Shown: one piece after another, positions 29,462 to 38,230 of the stretch
Layout of the letters: each line of letters starts with the position of its first letter
Numbering within the stretch: position 1 is the stretch's first letter
Assembly (NCBI GenBank): GCA_964647785.1
Contig: CAZYJD010000008.1
Location: 1 to 46,614 of the forward strand
Length of the DNA stretch: 46,614 bases
From: an uncultured Chitinophagaceae bacterium
Lineage (GTDB): Bacteria; Bacteroidota; Bacteroidia; NS11-12g; UBA9320
Direction: 5' to 3'
Notes under the pieces: model-generated
The model's database searches: none
Seen by the model: the letters and a program-made list of their open reading frames with translations, nothing else
What the model was told of the DNA's origin: nothing
Made by a program: the position numbers and the translations under genes

Positions 29462-29830
29462 TTAGTAATCATCACGGCCATCATCATCCTCATCATCTCG
29501 GTTTCGACTGAACTCCTCAAAATCATATTCAGGCATGAGTTCTGTCTTTACGTGATTAACCGTTTCGTTGAAGGCATCCATGAACTTATTGAAATCTTCC
29601 TTATAAAGAAAAATTTTATGCTTCACGTAATTGCCATCATCAAACCTGCGCTTGCTTTCGGTAATGGTGATGTAATAATCGTTGGCACGGGTTGTTTTTA
29701 CATCGAAGAAATAAGTTCTTTTTCCAGCTTTCACTCGTTTGGAAAACACTTCTCTGCTATCGCGATCCTGCTCGTACATTGTTTCCGTAAATTTTTTATC
29801 AAAAAAAACGAAATTCTTGAAGTCCGGCAA
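29462..29830 (-). CDS. DUF3276 / PUR-alpha-like nucleic-acid-binding protein with an acidic C-terminal tail.
   Basis: 122 aa. RTYFFDVKTTRANDYYITITE...KIFLYKEDFNKF form PUR-like repeats. The tail is RNRDDEDDDGRDDY. Confidence 0.6.
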   Translation of the reverse strand: MPDFKNFVFFDKKFTETMYEQDRDSREVFSKRVKAGKRTYFFDVKTTRANDYYITITESKRRFDDGNYVKHKIFLYKEDFNKFMDAFNETVNHVKTELMPEYDFEEFSRNRDDEDDDGRDDY

Positions 29831-29855
29831 GCGCCATTCAATTATTTAAGAAATA

Positions 29856-31625
29856 TTAAACTTCCTCTGTGGAGGTTTTCTGCTGTTCATACATTTGGAA
29901 ATAAATTCCTTTCAGGGCAATGAGTTGCTCGTGAGAGCCTTCTTCGGCTATCTTTCCTTCTTTGATAACCAAAATTCGGTCGGCCTGTTCAGCCATGCTG
30001 AGACGATGGCTGATTAATAGTGCCGTTCTGTTTTTCAGAAAGCTGCGCAGGTTATTCATGATCAGCAATTCTGTTGAGGTATCGACTGCAGAAAGGCTAT
30101 CATCCATGACCATAATTTCGGGTTCTGCTGCCATGGCTCTAGCAATGGATACTCTCTGCTTTTGGCCCCCTGAAAGGCTGATCCCCCTTTCACCAAGAAC
30201 CGTTTGAAATTGAGAACTGAAGGCCTCTATGTCATCTTTTACATCGGCGAGCTCAGCGTAGTACTCCGGCCCCTTTTGTTGCTGAAGACCGGCATACAAA
30301 ATATTGCTTTCAATGGTATCGCCAAACAGAAAAACATCTTGCGGCACGTATCCAAATAGTGAACGGTACGATTTGGTATTCAAATTCCTGATATCCACTC
30401 CATCCAAGGTAATTGCTCCTGCATTGGGGTCGTAAAACCGAGTGAGCAATGCTGCAATAGTTGATTTTCCCGATCCGGTTGCCCCCACCAGGGCTAGCAC
30501 CTCAGATTTATGGATGGTGAAATTCAATCCCTTCAGTACTTCGTCTTTTCCCGGATAAGAGAAATGAATATTCCTGAATTCAATCGACTCATTCAATTCA
30601 CTTACTTCCAATTGACCGCTAGCTATTTCAGGGATTTCGTTTAAAAAAACATTGATACGCTTTTGCGAAGCTTCAGCCCTTTGCACCAGTGAAGTTACCC
30701 AGCCCAAAGACGCTACAGGCCAGGTGAGCATGTTCACATAAATGATGTATTCTGCAATATTGCCATAGGTGAAGTTACCGGCAATAACTTCTTTTCCTCC
30801 AATCCATATGGTGATGATGATGCTGCAACCAACCAGCATCATCATCAGCGGAAAAAACAACGCATCTACCTTCACCAGATGCATGTAGTTGCTCTTATAT
30901 TCATCGCTTTGATCGCGAAAACTTTGTTCAAAATCTTTTTCAACTGCATAGCTCTTCAACACCCTGATTCCTGAAAAAGACTCCTGAACAAAGGCGGTGA
31001 TGGAAGATAACTTCTGCTGAATACGATCGCTTCGTCTGTTGATCATATCACTCACATAATAAATGCTCAAGGAAAGCACAGGAAGTGGAAGAAGCACCCA
31101 GAAAGTGATTTTTGCATTGATGGTTAGCATAAAACCTATGACCATAAAGAATAGCACCACCAAGTTGAGCGTGTACATGATTGCTGGCCCCAGGTACATG
31201 CGCACCCGGCTTACATCTTCACTGATGCGATTCATCAAATCACCTGTAAAGTTTCGGTTGTAAAAGCCCGCACCCAGTTTCTGATAATGTTCGTAAATCT
31301 CATTTTTCAAGTCGTACTCTATAAGCCTGCTCATGACAATAAGCGTTTGACGCATGAAGTACATGAACACCCCTTTTACAATGGCGCTGCCCAAAACAAG
31401 TAGGCCGAATTGCAGCGCAGTAACACCCACTTCTCTGGCAACCTCTTCCGGAATACTCGAACCACTGATGCCTTTCATACTTTCAGCCATTTGATTCACG
31501 GCCATTCGCACAAGGGGTGCGATGGCAATGGCAAAGACATTGGATCCGATGATGAATAGCAATCCACCGACGAGATACCAGCGATATTTGAACAAGTATT
31601 TATTGAGTGATCGTAGAGATTTCAA
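29856..31625 (-). CDS. ABC exporter, fused permease-ATPase (MsbA/type-I exporter family).
   Basis: 589 aa. An N-terminal six-TM domain, then Walker A GATGSGKST, signature [15 protein letters not shown], Walker B MVMDDSLSAVD. Confidence 0.9.
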   Translation of the reverse strand: MKSLRSLNKYLFKYRWYLVGGLLFIIGSNVFAIAIAPLVRMAVNQMAESMKGISGSSIPEEVAREVGVTALQFGLLVLGSAIVKGVFMYFMRQTLIVMSRLIEYDLKNEIYEHYQKLGAGFYNRNFTGDLMNRISEDVSRVRMYLGPAIMYTLNLVVLFFMVIGFMLTINAKITFWVLLPLPVLSLSIYYVSDMINRRSDRIQQKLSSITAFVQESFSGIRVLKSYAVEKDFEQSFRDQSDEYKSNYMHLVKVDALFFPLMMMLVGCSIIITIWIGGKEVIAGNFTYGNIAEYIIYVNMLTWPVASLGWVTSLVQRAEASQKRINVFLNEIPEIASGQLEVSELNESIEFRNIHFSYPGKDEVLKGLNFTIHKSEVLALVGATGSGKSTIAALLTRFYDPNAGAITLDGVDIRNLNTKSYRSLFGYVPQDVFLFGDTIESNILYAGLQQQKGPEYYAELADVKDDIEAFSSQFQTVLGERGISLSGGQKQRVSIARAMAAEPEIMVMDDSLSAVDTSTELLIMNNLRSFLKNRTALLISHRLSMAEQADRILVIKEGKIAEEGSHEQLIALKGIYFQMYEQQKTSTEEV

Positions 31626-31633
31626 GGGTCAAA

Positions 31634-31660
31634 TTTGAGACAAAAAAAAGACTAATTTTG
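31634..31660 (+). promoter_or_regulatory. Candidate Bacteroidota sigma-A promoter for the Leu/Phe/Val dehydrogenase gene.
   Basis: TAATTTTG (31653-31660) matches the Bacteroidetes -7 consensus TAnnTTTG, 35 nt upstream of the ATG. TTTG at 31634-31637 is a possible -33 element. The 15-bp spacing is shorter than the usual 19-21 bp. Confidence 0.3.
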
Positions 31661-31694
31661 CAGCCTAAAAAACACTGATTACAAATCCTAATAA

Positions 31695-32795
31695 ATGAAC
31701 CAGGCAGCAGGTATTAAGTTTGACACTGAATTCGATTTATTTGATCGATTGGGTGCTCATGATCACGAACAGGTGGTGGTTTGCAATGACAATCACACCG
31801 GTTTAAAGGCCATCATCGCTATACACAACACCGTATTGGGCCCGGGTTTGGGTGGTACACGAATGTGGCACTACAAAACGGAAGCCGATGCAATGCGAGA
31901 TGTGCTACGTCTTTCGCGGGGCATGACTTACAAAGCGGCCATTAGCGGTCTCAATCTTGGAGGAGCGAAAGCTGTAATCATAGGAGATTCCAACCGACAC
32001 AAAACTGAGGCACTCATGCGTAAATTTGGTCGTTTCGTTGAGAATTTGAACGGCAAGTATATCACTGCAGAAGATGTTGGAACCACCACCCTCGACATGG
32101 AGTACGTTGCAATGGAAACAGACAGCGTTGTGGGCCTGCCTGAAAGTCGTGGCGGAGGAGGAGATCCTTCACCCGTTACAGCATATGGTACGTACATGGG
32201 AATGAAGGCCTCTGCGAAGAAAGTTTACGGAAATGACTCACTCGGCGGTAAAAAAATTGCCATTCAGGGCATTGGCAAAGTGGGAATGCATCTTGTAGAA
32301 TACCTGCACAAAGAGGGTGCTGAAATTTATGTGAGCGACATCAACGAAGCTGCTTTGCAACACGCTTCGTCGGCTTATGGTGCAAAGGTGGTCAATGGAG
32401 AAGATATGCTAGATTTAGATATGGATATTTTCGCCCCATGTGCATTGGGTGCAATCTTGAACAATAACAGCATTGACCGGCTTAATTGTGCCATTGTTGC
32501 GGGAGCAGCAAACAATCAGTTGGAGAATGAAGACATCCACGGTCCGTTGATCCGTAAAAAGGGTATTTTGTATGCTCCTGACTTCCTCATCAATGCCGGT
32601 GGGTTGATCAATGTTTACAGTGAATACACCGGTTACAACCATGAGAATGCAATTCGCGATACTGAAAAAATTTACGACACGCTTTTGGGCATTTATGAAC
32701 TTTCTGATGCCAAAGATATTCACACCCAAAAAGCAGCAACTGAAATGGCTGAAAAAAGAATCAATGATATACTCAAGGTGAAGTCCACCTATTGA
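31695..32795 (+). CDS. Leu/Phe/Val dehydrogenase (Glu/Leu/Phe/Val dehydrogenase family, short form).
   Basis: Catalytic Gly-rich motif GLGGTRMW...K; the substrate region LNLGGAKAVI; NAD-binding GIGKVGMHL. Length 366 aa, typical of leucine dehydrogenase. Confidence 0.88.
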   Translation: MNQAAGIKFDTEFDLFDRLGAHDHEQVVVCNDNHTGLKAIIAIHNTVLGPGLGGTRMWHYKTEADAMRDVLRLSRGMTYKAAISGLNLGGAKAVIIGDSNRHKTEALMRKFGRFVENLNGKYITAEDVGTTTLDMEYVAMETDSVVGLPESRGGGGDPSPVTAYGTYMGMKASAKKVYGNDSLGGKKIAIQGIGKVGMHLVEYLHKEGAEIYVSDINEAALQHASSAYGAKVVNGEDMLDLDMDIFAPCALGAILNNNSIDRLNCAIVAGAANNQLENEDIHGPLIRKKGILYAPDFLINAGGLINVYSEYTGYNHENAIRDTEKIYDTLLGIYELSDAKDIHTQKAATEMAEKRINDILKVKSTY

Positions 32796-32817
32796 GAACA
32801 TGAAATATGCTCATATG

Positions 32818-32846
32818 AAAGCCTCCGCAATTGGAGGCTTTTTTTG
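32818..32846 (+). terminator. Strong intrinsic terminator after the dehydrogenase gene.
   Basis: aaagcctcc(32818-32826)-gcaatt-ggaggcttt(32833-32841), a 9-bp stem, followed by a T-run through 32845. Confidence 0.8.
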
Positions 32847-32857
32847 TTATTTGCTGC

Positions 32858-34330
32858 ATGATTCTTGAAAGAAAGTCCTATTTATGGCTTTTCTGCTTCG
32901 GGCTTAGTTTCTTAGCGTTAGGCATTTTCTTGTATTTCTCTTTTATTTCAGCCGGTGCGGCCGGAGGAATGGATAGCTATGAGCACTATCTCATTGCACG
33001 CTACAGCTGGAAATATCCTCAACTTTTTCTCGATCAATGGGGCAAACCGCTCTATACCATCATTGCCTCTCCTTTTGCACAGTTGGGTTTTGAAGGGGTT
33101 GTTGTATTGAATATTCTCTTGCTGATTGCCACTTCCTGGGTAAGCCTTTTTGCAGCAAGGGCACTCCAGATGAAAAACAGCTGGCTTGCGTTTGTTGCGG
33201 TACTCGCCTCTCCTATTTTCATCGACAATACCATCAGTGGCTTAACAGAGCCCTTGAATGCGCTTATGCTGGCAGTGGTTATTCTGTTATTTGCCAGTCA
33301 AAAGGAAATGAGCGCCGCACTCATTTCTGGTTTTTTACCCTATGCTCGATCAGAAGGGTATGTCATACTGGCGGTCATAGGACTCTACTTGTTGATTTAT
33401 AAGAGGAATTATTGGGCAACAGCTTTGCTTTTTGTGGGCTCTTTGGTTTTCAATTATTTAGGTTGGTGGCTCGATCATGGCCCAAATGAGGCAGGTGATC
33501 CATTTTGGGTGATCACGCACAACCCCTATCTGAACTTTGAACTCAGTGGTCGAAATATTTGTGGCAACGGCCCCTTATTGCATTATATTAAAATCTCCAA
33601 CTATATTTTCGGCAGAACCCTGCTTGTTTTGATTGCAATTGGCATCTTCTTCATTCCAATCAGGTTCTTTCAAAAGGGTAAAAAATCTGATCGACTCACT
33701 GAGCAAGTTTTCTTTTTCGGTTGGGGTATTTTCTGTCTTTATTTCGCCATCCATTCCGCCATATGGTACTTGGGTATGATGGGTAGTTGTGGTTTGCAGC
33801 GGGTCATGATTGTTATCATTCCATCTTCAGCGCTCATGGCGGTGTACGCATTCAATGAGCTCACTGGGCTTTTGAATAACAAAACAAAGCTGATGAAGGG
33901 GCTTGGTTTCCTTATTTTGGCGGGCGTGTTATTTGAACCTTTCAACTATGGCAAGGGGAAATACCCCATGCCCATCAGCGAGGAACAAGAATTATTCTTA
34001 GAACTGGCTGATTGGTATGGGCAACAGGATTTTTCCGGCAGAACGGTGTATTTCTTCTATCCTTGGTTGAATGTGCTTTTAGACATCGACCCCTATGATT
34101 CTGAACGCTTCATAAAATTATGGAGTTTTGATGAAAGTTGGGCACCTCATGGTAGCATCTTAATCTGGGATGGTCATTTTGGTCCGAATGAATGCAACAT
34201 TCCATTGGAGCGATTGCAAACAGATGAGCGCTATCGTCACGTACAATCTTTTATTCCTAAAATACCATTTAAGACATTGAACGATTATCCTTTCGAGATT
34301 CACGTTTATGAGTGGACTGGAAACCCCTAA
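32858..34330 (+). CDS. Polytopic membrane protein, putative GT-C fold glycosyltransferase (ArnT/PMT-like).
   Basis: About 11 predicted TM helices. The first extracytoplasmic loop carries GMDSYEHYLIARY, resembling the DExRYAEIAR motif of GT83/GT39 enzymes. A ~130-aa C-terminal soluble domain. Start moved to atg 32858 because the upstream terminator hairpin overlaps the earlier track start. Confidence 0.45.
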   Translation: MILERKSYLWLFCFGLSFLALGIFLYFSFISAGAAGGMDSYEHYLIARYSWKYPQLFLDQWGKPLYTIIASPFAQLGFEGVVVLNILLLIATSWVSLFAARALQMKNSWLAFVAVLASPIFIDNTISGLTEPLNALMLAVVILLFASQKEMSAALISGFLPYARSEGYVILAVIGLYLLIYKRNYWATALLFVGSLVFNYLGWWLDHGPNEAGDPFWVITHNPYLNFELSGRNICGNGPLLHYIKISNYIFGRTLLVLIAIGIFFIPIRFFQKGKKSDRLTEQVFFFGWGIFCLYFAIHSAIWYLGMMGSCGLQRVMIVIIPSSALMAVYAFNELTGLLNNKTKLMKGLGFLILAGVLFEPFNYGKGKYPMPISEEQELFLELADWYGQQDFSGRTVYFFYPWLNVLLDIDPYDSERFIKLWSFDESWAPHGSILIWDGHFGPNECNIPLERLQTDERYRHVQSFIPKIPFKTLNDYPFEIHVYEWTGNP

Positions 34331-34360
34331 TTGTATCTTTGTAGACAAGTAAACATCCCG

Positions 34361-35065
34361 ATGCCAGAAATTGAAGTTGTTTTAAGTCCTGCCCTATTTC
34401 CTTTCTATGATGCAGAGGGTAAAAATATTGTTGTTATCGACATTCTGAGAGCCAGCAGTGCCATTGTAACTGCCATTGCCAATGGTGTTCAATCCGTTAT
34501 CCCTGTAGAAAACCTAGAGGAGGCCCGTTCCTATCAATCCAAGAATTTTCTGATTGCAGGAGAACGCAATGGAATGAAAGTGGATGGATTCGACCTGGGA
34601 AACTCACCCCTTGAATACTGCAATCACCACCTGAACGGAAAAGAAATTGTGCTAACCACCACCAATGGTACGCGTTGCATCGAGATGGGCAAGAATTTCG
34701 GCAACATCATCATTGGGAGCTTTTTAAACATGCAAGCGGTAGCAGACCATTTGTTGAATGATAAGAAAGATGTGTTGCTGTTTTGTGCTGGATGGAAAAA
34801 CCGATTCAATCTTGAAGATACACTTTTTGCCGGTGCATTGGTACATTTATTAAAAGACCATTTTCATTTCGATTGCGATTCAAGCCTTGCCGCATTGAAG
34901 CTCTATGAATCGAATAAAGATCGTCTCGACGAATTCTTGGAGCAGGCTTCACATGTTAAGCGGTTTAAAAGGCTCGGCGTTAAAGGTGACAAGGCTTTTT
35001 GTTTACAACAAAACATTTTTTCCGTTGTTCCTGTGCTGAAAAACGGAAAGCTCATTACAGAATGA
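34361..35065 (+). CDS. 2-phosphosulfolactate phosphatase (ComB) family protein.
   Basis: IVVIDILRASSAIVTAIANG...IAGERNG...LTTTNGTR follow the ComB family pattern. Start at atg 34361; the track's 34331 start is a TTG ten codons upstream, 1 nt after the upstream gene's stop. Confidence 0.75.
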   Translation: MPEIEVVLSPALFPFYDAEGKNIVVIDILRASSAIVTAIANGVQSVIPVENLEEARSYQSKNFLIAGERNGMKVDGFDLGNSPLEYCNHHLNGKEIVLTTTNGTRCIEMGKNFGNIIIGSFLNMQAVADHLLNDKKDVLLFCAGWKNRFNLEDTLFAGALVHLLKDHFHFDCDSSLAALKLYESNKDRLDEFLEQASHVKRFKRLGVKGDKAFCLQQNIFSVVPVLKNGKLITE

Positions 35066-35156
35066 GATATGATTTACTGATCAATCATCATTATCAATAA
35101 GGACCGCACTTGATATTTCGAAGTACTTGGTTATTTTTACTTGAAATAATCGAGGT

Positions 35157-37862
35157 ATGAAAGAGCAATTAAAGAGAATCCTATTGATTTCATTTTGTTT
35201 ATTAACTGGAGGCAGTTACGCACAATTCAGCAGCCCGGGGAAGCAAATAACCGACGATCAAACGCCATTACAACATGCAAAACTCTATAAAGGCATTGGT
35301 TTGGATACCATTGCCTGTAATGGTGACACCCTTCAATACGGCAGATTTAAAGCAAGCAGCCTTCGGGCCATCAACGTTTCCAAAGGCTACGCACTCGGAC
35401 AATTTTACTCAGCACCAGGCGAGGTAAGCATAGCTGGCTTCAGCTTTTATGCATGGGCAAATACCACAGCAACAGACTCGATTGAAATCATATGCCGAGT
35501 CTACGAAGCTGATTCTGATAGTCTTCCCAAGGGTAAACTGCTTCAAACCGAACGATTAAAAATAGATACGTCATTCGGTGGTGGATTGCTGAGCGTGCTG
35601 GAAAAGAAAATTAAATTCGATACCGTTGTCATCACTGACAAGCCCTTCATTTTGGTTTTGGAATCGAATGATACCAATCGCGTAGCTGTTGTTGCCAACG
35701 ACTGGTTATCGGGCGATGGCGAACGGGAAAATCTCGCTTGTGGCACTGTTGGAGGAACTTGGTATCGCTGTTTGAACCTTAACATCTCTGGTAATCCACT
35801 CGATTGCGATATATTAATGGAACCCCATGTGCAATACAGCTTGAGTGTCGATTTTAGCTTTGATGATTGCTACAATTACCGAGACTCGGTAAAGTTTAAA
35901 AATCGCTCTTCTGATTTCTTTTTCGATCCTATGTACAACCGCTGGGCACTGAACAACAACCAGCGCTTTAGTTTCCTCTGGAATTATGGGCACAATGCAG
36001 GTTCATATTACGCTGAGGAAGGTGCGATCAGGTATAGCAATCCAGATAATTATGATATTCGGCTCATTGGTCGTTTACTCCATTACAAAACCTCTACCTA
36101 TTGTATCGACACAATGATTAGAAACTTATACTACCGACCTTCTGAAATAAGCTTCACCGGGAATAACACAGATAGCATGTGCTCAGGCGACAGCGCTCGA
36201 TTATTGGCACTGAGCAATGGTAATATTTCCTGGTACCGAACACCAAACGACACGGCCTTTCTTTATGGAAACACTTATGTAAGCGGACCAAAGTATCGGA
36301 ATGATACCGTATATGTCGTTAGCAGAAATGAACATTGCAGCAGTCGCTTGTTAGAAAAGATTATACGGGTAAATCAGACCCCAAAGATTCTTTCAGTTCT
36401 CAATGATTCTGTTTGTCTGAACTCCATTGCCAATTTAAGTGCGAATACCGATACAGGCACCATCCGCTGGTATAGGGATAGTATCGGTGGGCTTTATTTT
36501 CACCAGGGAGAAGTATACAGCACCGGAACTCTTAGCAATCCACAAAAATTTTATGTTCAGGCATACCACCGTGGCTGTTACAGCACCAAGCGACTGTCCG
36601 TACAGGCCTTTGTGGGAATTGATTTTGCCCCAGCAGAACCTCAGGTGGTCAGAGATACCTTGGTTTGCTTACTGGATGGAAATGTGCAAATTAAAGCGGC
36701 AGCAAAAAACAATGACCAACTCAGATGGTATACCGATCCATCGGGTGGCTCCCATTTCCAAACCGGGAACTTTCTGAACGTAAGCATCAACAAACTAGGA
36801 AGGCAAACTTTTTATGTAGATGCCTTTGATGGAAATTGCGCCAGCAGCCGTTTAAGTGTATCCGTGCGCACCTTCACCTTTCCCACTTTCAGCAATCAAC
36901 AAGGAAGCATGGAGACTTGTGAGGGTGATAGCGTGACCATTGATTTGGGTATACAAAATGGTTTTGCACGTTGGTATGAAACTGAAACGGATATGAACTG
37001 GATTCATGAGGGCAGCAGTTTAGTACTCAAAAATCTATCCAATGATACCTCTTTCTGGTTCGTACCAACCAATGGCATATGCGCGGACACCGCAAGATAT
37101 CCCCTTGAGATATTGGTGCATCCTTATGGCATTTTGAACTCAAGTAATCAACAAAAAGAGGCCTGCTCCGGCAAATCAATTACGCTACAGGCTCAATCTC
37201 AAATAGGCACCATTGTTTGGTACGGCGATAGTGCGGCCAATAATGAATTAGGCCGAGGAAATTTGTATACCATCCCCGCACCTGAAAAACCAACTACTTA
37301 CTATTTTGCGGCAGATAACCGAGGTTGCAGATCTGCAATTAACTCATATGAACTGAGCGTTCTTCCTTCAGCCGATGCGAGTTTTGATTTTTCAGTTATT
37401 GAGCCGGGTAGCTTTCAATTTGCAGCACGAACCAATGGACAAGGATTTTATCGCTGGAATATGGGCGACGGCGGAACGGCCAATGGATTTAGAGTGAATC
37501 ATACTTTCGACAAGAATGGCGATTATGAGGTTCAACTGGTAGTGGTACCTCAGAATGGCTGCAATGATACCGCTATCAGAAAAATAAGTGTAAGCGGACT
37601 GGCCTCTTTAGCACTTCACCCGACAAATAATTTCATTCAGGTCTTTCCCAATCCATTCGACCATCAATTGAATATCGAGTCAAATACAACATTGTATGCA
37701 ACAATGGTTGACATAAGCGGACGCATTATTCTTTCGAAGAGACTTGAAGTAAAAGAACAACTGGATACGCGTGAACTAGAAAAAGGCATGTATCTGTTGC
37801 ATTTGAGTGAACCATCTACCGGAGAGTTATATGAAACTTTTAAACTGATCAAAACATATTAA
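35157..37862 (+). CDS. T9SS-secreted large protein with five tandem Ig-like repeats, one PKD domain and a C-terminal T9SS sorting domain.
   Basis: 901 aa. Signal MKEQLKRILLISFCLLTGGSYAQ. Five ~85-aa repeats, each with a ...(I/L)xWY...G...Y... motif (ISWYRTPND, IRWYRDSIGG, LRWYTDPSGG, ARWYETETD, IVWYGDSAA). PKD-like WNMGDGGTANG. C-terminal domain FPNPFDHQLNIES...GMYLLHLSEPSTGELYETFKLIK. Confidence 0.8.
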   Translation: MKEQLKRILLISFCLLTGGSYAQFSSPGKQITDDQTPLQHAKLYKGIGLDTIACNGDTLQYGRFKASSLRAINVSKGYALGQFYSAPGEVSIAGFSFYAWANTTATDSIEIICRVYEADSDSLPKGKLLQTERLKIDTSFGGGLLSVLEKKIKFDTVVITDKPFILVLESNDTNRVAVVANDWLSGDGERENLACGTVGGTWYRCLNLNISGNPLDCDILMEPHVQYSLSVDFSFDDCYNYRDSVKFKNRSSDFFFDPMYNRWALNNNQRFSFLWNYGHNAGSYYAEEGAIRYSNPDNYDIRLIGRLLHYKTSTYCIDTMIRNLYYRPSEISFTGNNTDSMCSGDSARLLALSNGNISWYRTPNDTAFLYGNTYVSGPKYRNDTVYVVSRNEHCSSRLLEKIIRVNQTPKILSVLNDSVCLNSIANLSANTDTGTIRWYRDSIGGLYFHQGEVYSTGTLSNPQKFYVQAYHRGCYSTKRLSVQAFVGIDFAPAEPQVVRDTLVCLLDGNVQIKAAAKNNDQLRWYTDPSGGSHFQTGNFLNVSINKLGRQTFYVDAFDGNCASSRLSVSVRTFTFPTFSNQQGSMETCEGDSVTIDLGIQNGFARWYETETDMNWIHEGSSLVLKNLSNDTSFWFVPTNGICADTARYPLEILVHPYGILNSSNQQKEACSGKSITLQAQSQIGTIVWYGDSAANNELGRGNLYTIPAPEKPTTYYFAADNRGCRSAINSYELSVLPSADASFDFSVIEPGSFQFAARTNGQGFYRWNMGDGGTANGFRVNHTFDKNGDYEVQLVVVPQNGCNDTAIRKISVSGLASLALHPTNNFIQVFPNPFDHQLNIESNTTLYATMVDISGRIILSKRLEVKEQLDTRELEKGMYLLHLSEPSTGELYETFKLIKTY

Positions 37863-37884
37863 GATTTGATCATAGTTGTTAAAA

Positions 37885-37919
37885 AGACCTGAACGTTGCA
37901 ACGTTCGGGTCTTTTTTTT
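37885..37919 (+). terminator. Strong intrinsic terminator after the T9SS cargo gene.
   Basis: agacctgaacgttg/caacgttcgggtct, a near-perfect ~13-bp stem with one G·U, followed by T8 (37912-37919). Confidence 0.85.
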
Positions 37920-38178
37920 GGGTGGGTGAAAGCGTTCTTTGTTCTAAAGACGCTTAATGAAACATGATAACCCCTTCAAAAAGGATTAATCAAGCTCATT
38001 GATTGACCGGGCCAAATGATGATTGAATTCATTGATGGAAATGAAAAGCGATGGTCAGGCGTTGATCATTTTCACAAGTAAATGGTGCACCAAAATAATA
38101 GAGAGCATTTACTGACAATTCATTCAGCAACCAAAATCTTTGGCTACTAATAGCACAAGAATAAAAGGTGAGTGCAAT

Positions 38179-38211
38179 AAAAAAGGTCATCGCATGAACA
38201 ATGACCTTTTT
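38179..38211. terminator. Palindromic hairpin 20 nt downstream of the actF stop. Likely terminator of the ACIII operon, bidirectional in form.
   Basis: aaaaaggtcat-cgcatgaaca-atgaccttttt. The ggtcat/atgacc stem is flanked by an A5/T5 run, so a T-run follows the stem on either strand. Confidence 0.45.
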
Positions 38212-38230
38212 GAAGTAATCTTATAGTTGA

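Noticed and set aside
37920-38178. Small ORFs (10-22 aa) and a weak hairpin (aagcgt...acgctt) in the 260-bp spacer between the two convergent terminators.
   Set aside because: The hairpin has a 14-nt loop and no T-run, and the ORFs are too short and lack start context. The region is more plausibly a non-functional spacer between convergent transcription units.
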